Shown piece by piece: positions 24,301 to 35,700 of a stretch of DNA of 64,000 nucleotides (its first letter is position 1; each line of letters begins with the position of its first letter). The DNA comes from Azolla caroliniana. Taxonomy: Eukaryota; Plantae; Polypodiophyta. The translations under genes and the position numbers were made by a program. The DNA lies in NCBI GenBank assembly GCA_043228905.1, contig JBHGNT010000004.1, forward strand, positions 25,296,001 to 25,360,000, in the 5' to 3' direction. The notes under the pieces are model-generated. The model did no database searches. It worked only from the letters and a program-made list of their open reading frames with translations, and was not told the origin of the DNA.

Positions 24301-25436
24301 TCCGGAACGTGTCGAACATCCTTTAGCAGCATCTTGCATTCGGTTGATGTCATCAGCCACACGTCTCCTATGCCGGCAATCCGGCATGTACCTTCATTTC
24401 CCATCCGGACACAGTCATGCTCACCGGCTGTGTAGGATGAGAAGTATTTCTTCTCCGGGGTCAGGTGGAACGACGCTCCGGAATCGACCACCCAGGTCAT
24501 CTCTTCACCGGCAAGGTTCAGCTCCCTCTCTTCGGTAATGAGCATTATCTCTTCTTCACTTGCCGCGAGTGCCGTCGTTCCTTTCCGGTCCTGCCCTCGC
24601 CGATCCGGACCTCTCCGGTCCGTGGCTCCCCGGTATGCACCGTTTCGCTCCGGTGACTTCTTCGAATCGGTGTCGTCGGCTCCGTTGTCTTTTCGGTAAT
24701 GCCGACAATTCTTCCGGAAGTGCCCCGGCTTCCCACAGTGGAAGCATGTGGGCCTTCCTCTTGACTGCGACCGGGTCCCCGACTTCTCTCGTCTTTGCGG
24801 ACTCCGGTTCCGTTGTCTTCCCCGTTCTGATTCGGTAAGCAGCGCCTTCGAGTCGGAGGCCGGTTCTTTATCTCTCCGACGCGCTTCTTCGTTCAAAATA
24901 CTTGTCTTTACCGTTTGTAGGGACAAGTTATCTTTGGTGCAGGAGGTGCTGAGAGTCACCACCAAGTTCTCCCAGCTTTCCGGCAATGTACACATCAGGA
25001 TGATGGCTTGCATTGCATCCTCCAACGGGAACTTGATCGTCGCAAGCTGGTTCACGAATCCCATGAACGTGCTTACGTGTTCCACCATACTCTCGCCGTC
25101 CCGGTACTTGAGGTTCACTATCTTCCTCATCAGGGAGGTCCGGTTCAGCGCATTCTTCCTCTCGTAGAGGCCCGACAGCTTCCTCTCATATGCGTTGGTG
25201 TCGTTCGCCACGTGTTGTAGAACGCTCACGTCGACGTATTGCCGAATGGTTGCAACGGCTTTCCAGTTCAGAAGCCTCCATTCCGTCTCAAGTACCCCCT
25301 TGGGTATTTCCGACCTGTCGATCGGTTCATACAGGTCCCGAACAATGAGCAGATCCTCCATCTTTATCTTCCAGTCGGCGTAGTTCTGCGCATTCAGCAC
25401 CATCATCCCCGGTTGCCCGCTGCTGCCGCCTTCCAT
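21369..25436 (-). CDS. Copia D gag-pol polyprotein (1355 aa from the first ATG after the PBS)
   Basis: Uninterrupted ORF with CFHCGKPGHFRKNC, WVVDSGAS, WHKRLCH…CTDC, VHTDVC…RADNGGEY…AERMNRT, LYVDDML, SRTKHI. Confidence 0.97.
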   Translation of the reverse strand: MEGGSSGQPGMMVLNAQNYADWKIKMEDLLIVRDLYEPIDRSEIPKGVLETEWRLLNWKAVATIRQYVDVSVLQHVANDTNAYERKLSGLYERKNALNRTSLMRKIVNLKYRDGESMVEHVSTFMGFVNQLATIKFPLEDAMQAIILMCTLPESWENLVVTLSTSCTKDNLSLQTVKTSILNEEARRRDKEPASDSKALLTESERGRQRNRSPQRREKSGTRSQSRGRPTCFHCGKPGHFRKNCRHYRKDNGADDTDSKKSPERNGAYRGATDRRGPDRRGQDRKGTTALAASEEEIMLITEERELNLAGEEMTWVVDSGASFHLTPEKKYFSSYTAGEHDCVRMGNEGTCRIAGIGDVWLMTSTECKMLLKDVRHVPEVRLNLISAGRLDDEGYTGSIRNGVMKFSKGSLIVARARKVNTLYLMNSWLCPEELNVAADTAGELWHKRLCHMSEKGMKRLAEDNLIPVKHVHLEKCTDCLAGKQNRASFHSRPPTRRSAPLELVHTDVCQVETKSHGGAQYFVTFIDDHSRKLWTAPLKTKDQVLCVFKELHARVERESGKKLKAIRADNGGEYRGQFAEYCRSKGIWLEFTVPKTPELNGLAERMNRTIMERVRSMLAHAKLPKGFWAEAMSTTTYVINRSPSVPLDGDTPQRVWTGREVSYRHLKVFGCLAYVHVAKDRRGKLDPKTRPCIFLGYGDDEFGYRVWDPVDKKIFRSRDIIFMEDKTLADWESEKKMKSSKSTGENQLYEEQSRPARDRLALEDPAEDGEETKPAEEDETDTGIGPDPEMDSDEEETEGPVTEAPERRYPLRERRAPRRFPEPEHVLLTDEGEPESFEEAKLDTHSRRWLSAMQEEMDSLHENHTYELVELPKGKRALRNKWVFKLKLGDAGKPLRYKARIVVKGFQQKKGVDFDEIFAPVVKMTSIRTVLSIAASMDLEVEQMDVKTAFLHGDLEEEIYMQQPEGFEKKGKEHLVCRLKKSLYGLKQAPRQWYRKFDSFMTDEGYHKTQSDHCVFVKKFEGGDFLILLLYVDDMLIIGRDQVKIRTLKKALHRTFSMKDLGPARQILGMHIIRDRKKKQLWLSQEKYVTKVLHRFNMSEARPVGSTLPANCKLSSKQSPKTKAEKEDMMKVPYASAVGSLMYAMVCTRPDIGYAVGVVSRYMSNPGKEHWNAVKWILRYLKGTANVCLRFGSGKPELDGFTDSDMSADEDTSRSTSGYVMTYAGGAVSWQSRLQKTVALSTTEAEYMAAVEAGKEIIWMKDFIRELGIRQEEYRLYCDSQSAIHLAKNAAYHSRTKHIQRRYHWIRERIEDQEFVLTKIHTEENGSDMLTKVLTPDKLEACRKRVGLERHPMPK

Positions 25437-28400
25437 TTTCTGTGTTACCGTCGCTCTGATACCACTTGTTAAACACAGTGCTCGGCCACAACCGAGGAAT
25501 AGGATCAACTCACAGAAAACAAAGTGCACGAAGACAATAGAGAGAAGGGTACACAGGATGTTTTACGTGGAAAACCCTAAATGGGAAAAACCACGGGAGT
25601 CCTCACACTCCAACTATCACTATAAACAGAGATGTACAATGGTGAAGCTACAAGGCAACAACCTTGAGCTCACTGTCTTCGCCTCAGTCGGCGGTAATGC
25701 ACAGAGGCAACGACCTCTTCGTCTCTCTCCCTCTCTCTCTCTCTCGGCTGCTCTCTTCACTCCCTCTAAGTGAAAACAGAAAAATATGAGCAACAACCTA
25801 AAATTGTTTGCCCTAAGTCATATTTATACACATATGACTTTCGAGCTATTTACAAATATAGCCTCAAGGGCCCTTGGCAAACATATTCACAAATATGTCC
25901 CCGCATCCGGATCTCTCTCCGGGTACATTCGTCATCCGGCTCCGTAGCCGAGGTCTTCATCATCCGGCTCCGTAACCGGGGTCTTCATCATCCGGCTCCG
26001 TAGCCGGGATCTTCATCATCCAGCTCCGTAGCCGGGGTCTTCATCATCCGGCTCCGTAGTCGGGGTCTTCATCATTCGGGTCTGTAACCGGGGTCTTCAT
26101 TCCCGATTCCCGGACATCCGACCATCCCATCCGGAGGGACCGTAATCCCAACAATATCTTCATCAAATTGGATTGAATGTCGAAATCTGACAACTCCCTC
26201 TACATACGAAACGACTTTAGAAGCTTGATTGTCATCATCCTATACATGGATGATCTGGTCATTGGAGAAGAAAGTTTAGTCGACATCAACAAGGTGAAAT
26301 CCCTCCTCTCCAACAAATTCGAGATGACGGATATGAAGGAACTTCATTACTTCCTAGGCATCGATGTAATTCGGATTCCGATCGGCATTATGATCTCTCA
26401 ACGACACTACATTCTCAGCTTATTATACAAGTTCGGGATGACAGAGTGCAAATCTGTGTCAACCCCTCTCGATCGAAACCTCAAACTAGATGCCGACTCC
26501 GGCACAGTCGAGTGCAAGTCGACTCAATATCGACAACTAATCGGGAGCCTCATCTATCTCACAATTACGCGACCCGACCTCAACTATCCGGTCAGCCTCC
26601 TTAGCCAATTCATGCAAACTCCGTGAGATATCCATTTTGATTGCGCTAAGCGAGTATTACGATACGTGAGTGGCACACTGGATTACGACATCCTTTACAC
26701 ATCGGCCACACCAATTCGACTTGAAGGGTACACAGATGCCGATTGGGCCGGCTACATAATTGATTGACAATCGACCTCCATATTTTTCTTCTCGCTCGGT
26801 AGCGGAGCAATATCTTGGAGTAGTAAGAAGCAACCTATCGTCGCACTTTCGAGTACGGAGGTCAAACACATGGGCGTAGTCGTAGCTGCATGCGAAGTCG
26901 TATGGCTAAAGAGGAATTTGAAGGATCTGGGCGTTTCCATCAAGGATCTGACTCCCATTTACAGCGACAACATGAGCAGAATATATCTAGCTCAGAACTC
27001 GGTGTTCCACGCACGCACAAAGCATATCAAAGTGCACTACCACTTCATTCGAGAGCATGTTTAGGTTGGAGATGTCAATCTTCTACACATCAACACAAAT
27101 CTTTAGACAACTGACATCTTCAACAAGGCCCTAGGAGCCGACAAGCTTCAGCAATTCATGTCAGACCTTAGATTGACAATCCCTGACTTGCCAAACTTGA
27201 GGGGGAGTACATGCGAGAACCGGATATCGTCTGAATCGGGTACGAGCCGAAGCGCACACCAAAGATCGTCTGAACCGGATACCAACCGAAGCGGACATCA
27301 ACCGAAAGGAACCGACCCAAGTTGAGCTTGAGGGGGCGTGTTGAGAATCAAGCTCAACATAGTGCAACGTGTGAACACACCTTTTGAGAATCTATGATTA
27401 CTCAAAGGTCAAGAGTCACACCACTACTCTCTACATATTAACTATTCCCCATGACTAGGAGTCTTCACATTCCCCGAGAGAGAGAGTGGTTATTGTAGTT
27501 AGTTAATGAAGAGAGAGGGTGATTATATATAAAGCACCCTCCTCATACTTCATACTAAGTTGGTTGTGACTCCTTATAATGCTACGTTTTGTATTTGCTA
27601 TTCTACTTGTCAATATACACCTTCTTCTTGAGTATTCCTTTTTCTATCTATCTTGTGTTCTCTCTTCTCTCCTCTAATTCTTTTCACACAGACACATAAC
27701 ACACATCTCTTCTGCTACACGAGAATCATACCCGATTCTTTACATATATATAGTTCCATTTACATGGTAAAGTACTCTTTACATGGTACCAATTCTCACA
27801 TCCAATTCTTTTAAATCAACTCCGTTTCGCTCTCTAGATCAAGTTTTCCCAGAGGGGCCAACACAACTCATACATTGAGTGTTGCACTTCCAAGGTTATC
27901 AAGTCCTTAGTGGTTGCCTTCTTTGCAATAGTCTACCCAAGTGATTTGGAATGTCACTTCTAAATGGCAAAATGCCATATCATACTTAAACATCAAGGAT
28001 CATTGCAATTGTCACCCAAACTAATTTGTTTAATGGATGTTAATGTTGACCTAACCATTAGGGTGTTTTTCAATAAACAAGCTCTTCTTCATAACTTGAG
28101 CATCATCATTAGATGGGACATTAAAATCCATTGGGTTCTATAACAATATGAGGATGCTTTAAACTCTTTGATATCCCCCAATGTTAGTGATCATTCCTCA
28201 TAAACTAGAACATTCCTCAACATATTCTAGAACTTCATCAGCCACTTTGATCAAGCCATTCAACTAACTTGATCACCTCGTCCAAATTTCTCATCATGGC
28301 TAAATTCCACGCTCAATTGCTTAGAAGGGCTTTGTATATATATATATATATATATTTAGAAGGGCTTTATATTTTAGCACAACCCAATTGCCTAACAAGG

Positions 28401-31400
28401 TGGAAACCACGTGGCATGGTGCTTCTCCCTCCTTGAGCATGATCCTAATTGAAGAAGAATGCGTATCCTTTTCCATTGCTTGATGACAGTGGCTATCGAT
28501 GCATATTCTCCTAAAGAAGATCACATCATTTATCTTTAACGCCATCCACATTGCCAAAATGCCGTAATTGAGAAGCCAAAATACCCCTGAATTTCAATAA
28601 ACTATATAAATGCCTAAACTCTACAACACCCCCCTTAAGCATCAAAAACCAAATAACATACATGTAAAAAATATATACAATACATACAAGCACACATTCA
28701 CAAAAGACAATAATATTACTCGCTACACAAAGAGACACACTTGTATTTATCTATTCCTAAACACATAAAAGCATATAGAACACAAACATGCATCTACTTG
28801 AAACAACACTTTCGCTTAAATATACATACATCCATGTGCACATATAGCCAATATTACACAATTCACACACATTTATTAAGCTAAACACACACAATCCCCT
28901 TCACTTTATTACACACATTGCACATGCACTCATACACACATATTTTCTTTTACAATTGAAAGATACTAAAAATATACTTATTACACATAGGGATGTACAC
29001 ACATAAAAACTTAAGCTTATCCCTCACATCACACGTAGAGGTGCACATGTACAATATAATATCACCCAAATAGAATGTACATTTACATGTGCACCATCCC
29101 AACTCATAAGGAAAAGATTATGAGCATGACCACGTGCTAACATATTGCTAAACTCCCTGTTGTTATGATGCAGTGTGTGCAAAGGGAAAAGTTTAGGAGC
29201 ATGACCACGTGCAAACATATTGCCCTGTTGTTGTGATGTGGTGTGTGCAAAGGGAGAAAAGTGTCCTAATGTCAACTTTGACAATAGGTGATGATTTTGG
29301 ATGAAGAGGTCATGATTGAGGAGATAAATATTTGAAAACAACAACAAAAGATAACTCAAAGGGTAAGAGCTAACCACTTGATGGTTAGAAAAAGACAATC
29401 TATAATGCACAAGAGACAAAAATGAATTATGCAGAAAATATAAATACAATATTGAATTATGTAAATAATAATAATATGCGGAAATTATAATTGCCTAAAT
29501 ATTTTAATGTTTATGTGGTTTGACGTAATTATAAATCATGTTGCTCCTGATCCTAATTAAAGAACATGGCTAATTTTCAGGTCAAATTTTTGTGCGTTAG
29601 GTGAAAAATTACGCACAAAATATCTATATTTGGTAGAGGCAACATTTGGACGACACTTCATTGTTGAGCCACTCTCATGAGAATTGCAACAAAAATTTGG
29701 ACTCAAATTTTTTAGTACTAGAGAGGAAATTACGTGAAATTTTGATATGCCTACACCTCCAATACCCTTTAGATTGGGTGACACCCATAATTAGGCAAGA
29801 CAATGACACGACAAAGCTCACAACTTTGTGAAAAAAAATCCACAAATCCTTGAAACCTTGGTGTATTCAATTACCACATAGGTCTATGGAAACTTTAATC
29901 CATGCAGGGGAGGATCAATGAGAGTGCATGTTGCTCATCGACAAGCAACGTGGAAAGGGAGAAAAAGAGGAGCAACCGATGGTTGCTTCCCACATAGTCA
30001 AACGCCAAGCTCATAGCTTGGAGTCACCTGAGCCTATGCTCTAGATTGACATACTCTATTTTGCACTTCCTCTCCCTTGAGACACATACCCACAAACTTC
30101 TTCTTCTTTTCCGAAGGGGCTACAAGCAAGGGGGTGACATTCATACATACACTAGACTAACACATACAATATGTATATGCACACATATATTACACATATG
30201 CATGCACGCATGAACCAAAAGTGCACTTTGATTAATCATGACATCGTAGAGAGGGCCCGGCTACCACCCATGGACTATCAAGAACGCTCAAACTCATGCA
30301 CTTTTAGCTAGAAAGAAAACAAGGTTGCATTGTCTCCTACAACAATGAAGACATAAGTTATTGTTTGCATCACATTGAAGGACGAACCTATGTCCATTGG
30401 TAGCATGGAGGGCTCAAGGTCACGGGCTCTTAAACTATGTATAAAGATGCAAGTGCTTCGTTTGACACGAGATTGATAATTGTGTAGCCCTTGTGAAAGA
30501 CGTATTCAACAAGTGAGATTGTGCTTCTTAAAGGAGACATTATTAGACGAGGGGACATGCTTACACTCCTCGGATCACATTTTGAGTTGTCTCCATTAAG
30601 TAATAAGTATGCTAGCAAGTAAGGAGATCAAATTTGATTACAGGGTTCGAAATGGTGGCACGTCCATGCCAAAAGGCCTCGCATGAGGATCAAAATAATC
30701 AAAGATTGTTTCGTTCCAAGCTAATTTCCTATTCATTTTTACCACCTAGTCGAATTGTCATAGATAAATATACTCTCGAAAGAGGCCCAACCATCGTTTT
30801 GCATGATGTCTATCTTGATTTGTCCCTTACTCTCATTCCTTTAATCTGCGTTATGATTAGAGGACAAGTATTTATACATGGCTAAGCATAGGGTGTAGGG
30901 AGGCTTGGCGTGATACGAACCTCAAGGGTGACAAAGCTAGGTAATCTTCGGGTGTCATGGGAAGAGGTGAAGCACATGTGGTATCGATGCAATTGATGGT
31001 TGGATCGAGTGTCTTCAATGGTGACGTGATGGATGGTGGAAGAAATCACATCATCTCATTTGTTCCATGCTCGTATTCCTCGCACTTTCGTTGTGATTCT
31101 TTCAAAATCCCAAAGATAGAGAGTGAGTATATAGACATGGGTAAGCACGAGGATTTAGACACGTGGGGGGGGAGGTTCTTGGTAGGCAATGGTTTTGCTT
31201 GGCTTGGGTGAAGCATGATTTGGTTGTAAAGACTCGTCTTGATGCCCCCGAGGGTGACAAATCTAGACAATCTAAAGAAGTCATGGGAAGAGATGAAGCA
31301 CATGGGTCATTAGGAGGTGTGTGTGTGTGTGCCTGAATGGTGGAATCAGGTGGGTGACTTCCACAACAACGAGATGGAGAGGTGGAAGAAGTCGTGTCGT

Positions 31401-31735
31401 GTCCTCTTACAACCTCTGATTGTGATCCCTGGAGAGGCATAGGGGGTAAGCAATAATCGGGTATTGGATGGACGGGACGAGGAAGAGTCCAAAAAATCAC
31501 GTGGGGGGATGGGCGGGACGGCATGTGGCTTGGACGGACGGATGGACGGGGGGGGGGGGGGGGGTGTTGTCAAAGATGAGCATGAGGCAGGTGGACTTGG
31601 GTTGGGTTTTGGACAAATGGTGCCCAAGCCACTGTGGGCATGTGAATTTCTTTTGCCATTTTTGCCTCCTTTTGCTTTTTTAGTTAGATATTGTTTTTAG
31701 TCTTAAAATTTTTGAGTGATGTTGATTTTCTACTG

Positions 31736-31736
<1 letters not shown>

Positions 31737-31781
<45 letters not shown>

Positions 31782-31990
31782 TCTTCTTTTGGGTTTCAGG
31801 AGGGAAGAGCGAAATGCATACAGTGAGAAAGAGAGAGAGAGAGAGAGAAAGACGAAGAAGAAGAAACCTTTCAGAGCGCGACCTTCCATAAACCCTGTGT
31901 TTCTCTGAGTTTTTTAGGGTTTCCCCAGTTTGCTTCTTCTACTTCTTTTCTGTTTATATCTTCTTCTTCTTCTTCTTCTTCTTCGATCTA
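31737..31990 (+). promoter_or_regulatory. Putative PDS5 promoter / 5' region with (CT)n, (GA)n, (CTT)n and telo-box-like TAGGGTTT
   Basis: GAGA-type and pyrimidine tracts about 0.8-1 kb upstream of the ATG. Same architecture as upstream of SEC22 and BRX1. Confidence 0.45.
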
Positions 31991-32738
31991 CTCGGAGACC
32001 GCTACGACCCATCTCCGCTCCTGCGTTTTTTGGCCATTTCGGGCTTCGACCCATTTCTTACCAAGGTTCGATTTCTTTGCTTCGCATCTTCCCCCACCCA
32101 ACCCCCCTCCCAGAATAAATACAGGCTTGTTCCAGTGGTTAGCGAAGGTTATGGAAGCTGAACAGTTCCTGGCATGGAATTTTTTATTCAGAAACACCAA
32201 ATTTGACACGGAAAAAAATTGTGTGAAAATTTCAAAAATACATTAGTCTCCAACAGTGGTATAGGTGAAACAGAGGTTAAATTTTGTAGGCTCGCTATTT
32301 AGGGTGTAGCAGTATGCAGGCTGTGGACGCTATGGGAGCTTGAGAAACTTGTAAGAAAGATCTCTCAAGAGGAAACATGTATATTTTTTTCTGATAAAGA
32401 AGGTTTGGGAAACGATTTAAAGCAGGTGAAACGATGGCTGAGGAGGAGCCTAAACTCTGGAGGTTAAATGGTTAGGGTTAAGGAAAAAGAATATGGATAG
32501 GAAAATAGGTTAGGGTATATGAGGTGAAACAGAGGCTAATGTCGGAATTTCAATTTCTAGACTTTATCAGGATGCAAGATATGAAAGATTGAAGGATTAT
32601 AAAAAAACTGAACAGAAACTACAGGGCCTAATATTTCACAGGTTTTAAATTTTAGGGTTTACCAGGATGCGGGCTATGGAAACTTGAAAAATTAAGGAGA
32701 AAAAGAGTGATTGATATCTTGTTCAACCAGAGAGAGCC

Positions 32739-35700
32739 ATGGCTCGTGGAGAGAAGAATGAAGCAGGAGATGCAGCAGGTCTTGATTTGGCTAAAATTTC
32801 AGATATAGGGAAGAGGTTTTCCCGTCTACCCAGTTCCAGAGATGTGCTGACAGATCTACTGAAGGTATATTCTTTTTCTTTCTTTTCATATGTTTTAAAA
32901 AATGGTTTTTTTTTCCGTTGGAAATCCTAGTTTGTTTTGGCTAGTATTATCTCTGATTTGGGAAAATAAGTCTTTCTTCTCTGCAAAGAAATTCTCTCTT
33001 TGGTTGGAAAAGCTCCATATGTTTCAGTTCAGAACTTTGCAGTTTTGGTGTAAAAGTTTCTTTGCATTGGTCAGAAGAAGTGCCTAACATTTTTACAGTG
33101 GGTAATATCTACAATTGAAGTGCCATTTAGTACCCCTTGGACTGATACTGCATGTGACGAACCTGGATTTTGGCCTTCCAAGATTAGACAAAAATTCACT
33201 TATGGCAATGAATAAAGTCAGTATTGCTGAAAGAAAATGCAGTACTTGCCGAATATGTTTCATTAAGAATTTCTGTAGTCAGATTTATGTTTAGTTTTTG
33301 GAGCTCTCAGGGCTGTTTTTTAAAATTATAAACTCAATGCCAATGCGCTTCATATCACGTGTTAAATAGCTATCAGACATGTGTATTATCTGTTTATCTG
33401 ACAGTAATGTTTTGGCTCTCTGACATGTTTGCTCAAGTGTCGAAATCAGGAGGATTTGGTTTTGTACCAGAAATTTTAATCTTAACATGCATTTCTTTGT
33501 TTAAGAGGATATATTTTACTTTGAGTTTTGCCACTTTTTCGAGCAATTATTTGGCCGATTCCTCCTCTTCTCCTTAATTGTGTGTGCTGTACCTTCTTGG
33601 AGCAATTAGATTGTCTTGAATTGACCAGGGTTTTTTGGGGATATACCAAACACTTAAAGTAAATGTATTACTATCTGGGGAAATAAGGAAAAACTTGGTG
33701 TTTAATGAGGATATTTTCTGGTTAAATATTATTCTTCAATTATATGGTCCTGACTTGATCAGGGCTTTCAGGGTTATAGCAAAAACTTAATGGTATTATT
33801 TTGGGAAAGAAGGAAAAACTTGGTGGTGTTTAATGATTCCCATTATACATTATTCTGTAACTTCTTCTGCAGGAAGCTTCAGCATTGTTTATGATTATAA
33901 AGCAACAACCTGGTCAAGGCGTGTTGTCAGCATTGCAACCATCAATTGATGCCTTAGTGGAACGTAATCTCTTAAAGCATAAGGATAAGGATATACAAGT
34001 ATTGGTTGCCTCATGTATTAGCGAAGTTCTGCGAATTGTTGCTCCTGATGCTCCTTTCACTGATGAAATATGGGAGGTAACATCTTTTGCCGGTACTTCC
34101 CAGCAAATTGATCCAAAACATGTTTTGATCTCTGGTGGTTTTTAACAATTCAGGAAATATTCGAATTGATAGTAGCAACATTCAGAGGGCTAAATGATAT
34201 CTCAAGCCCTTACTTCGCGACGAGATTGCACATTTTAAGTACGGTTGCGTCAGTGAGGTCATGTATTGTAATGCTGAATATAGAATGTAATGATCTCATA
34301 CACGAAATGTTCCAGACGTTTTTTGCGACAGTGAGGTAATGCTCTTTCTTTGATTGATCCATCCTGTAAATATATAGTGTGAAGTTCAATGGTTAGTTGC
34401 TTTAGTATGGAATTTGTGGTTAGTATACTCTAATGTACTCATATGTTGGCCTGTAGGGATAAACCGATACAGATGATGTCTCCAATGAAGAAAATAATGA
34501 GCTTAATCCTGCTAGAGAATGAAGAAGAAATACCACAGCCATTGATCGAGGTGCTCTTGATTCATTTGTTGAATGGAAGAAAGGTGAAATCTTTGAAACT
34601 GCAAAAAATAGTCTACTTTTAAAACTCTTAATAAATTGTAATAAAGTATAATGAGTATTGAGTGCAATCTCAGGGGATATCGACTCCTGCTTATATTCTC
34701 GCTGGAGCTGTGTTTGAAGAGTGTGCTAATCATATCAAAGAATATGTGGAAGCATTTCTTACATCAATTCTATCAGAAGTAAAGTCTTCAAAAAGCAAGT
34801 GGCGGGATACTTACCATGACTTGATTTTCGAGATTTATATCCGTGCTCCTAGTTTGATTATTCATTTGATTCCCAAGCTTAAAGATGAGCTGCTGGTATT
34901 TTTCGTGATCTTTTTATTTTTTTGTGGGCCAAGTTTCTGTGTTGATAAGTATCTGTCCTCCATTTGTGTCATGCAGTCTGAAAAAGTAGATGTCCGGACA
35001 AAAGCTGTAAAGTTAGTTGGGCGCCTTTTTGCTTCTCGCAAGGGTGTATCTGAAAAATTTGATAAACTTTTCAGTGAATGTTTGAAGAGGTTTAACGATA
35101 AATCTGTAGATGTTCGACTGGCCATGGTTGAATGCAGCAAACAATGTCTGGCAGTTAGCACCTCTACCAGTGTAGCAGAAGAACTTTTAAGTGAGTTGAA
35201 ATCTGATTGTGACTCTGCAAATATTTAAGAAGTATATGATTTATCTCTATTCTTTCTTTTATTGATATTTAATTTTTATGTTTATTAATTATTCTATGTG
35301 CTGTGTTCTGTTTATATTATATTATTAGAAAATATCACACCTTATTTTGTTGCAAGGTTCGTATTTAATTTTTATGTTTATTAATTATTCTATGTGCTGT
35401 GTTCTGGTTATATTATATTATTAGAAAATATCACACCTTTTGTTGCAAGGTTCGTACTGAAAAGCTCCTGTGTCTTGACAGATGCACTGAGTGAGCATAT
35501 TCAAGATGTGGATGAGAGAGTAAGAATGCAAGTAGTCGCTGCAATATGTGGCTATGCTATGTCAAATCCACAGCTATTGCCTGTCAATATATTGAAACGT
35601 GTGTCTGAACGCCTGCGTGATACAGAGGTTGGGGCTATTTTCTTGTTATTGCTTTTGATCTATGTTGTGATCTATTGTTTTTTTGTTTTTAATATTTCCT

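Larger units (their letters stand above)
20672..26153 (-). mobile_element. Intact young Ty1/Copia element D (Tnt1-like polyprotein)
   Basis: 687-bp LTRs 20672-21358 and 25467-26153 (3 differences seen). 5-bp TSD ATATC (20667-20671, 26154-26158). PBS TGGTATCAGAGC 25453-25464. PPT near 21360-21368. Confidence 0.98.
19781..27764 (+). mobile_element. Degenerate Ty1/Copia element C (RT/RNase H + 3' LTR about 27339-27764), split by element D
   Basis: WVEAMNEEM…TWDLV, LYGLKQAPRAW (to 20671), resuming at 26159 with LYMDDLVI, TRPD, HARTKHIKVHYHFIRE. PPT near 27330-27338. Many stops. Confidence 0.88.

Noticed and set aside
21474-25472. Numerous plus-strand and alternative-frame ORFs over Copia D
   Set aside because: Shadow ORFs expected in GC-rich coding DNA, with no recognisable domains.
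27800-31450. Possible gene or TE in the region with short diverged direct repeats (29125-29255; near 30925 and 31251)
   Set aside because: No sustained ORF or diagnostic motif. Likely decayed repeats, left unclassified without a search.
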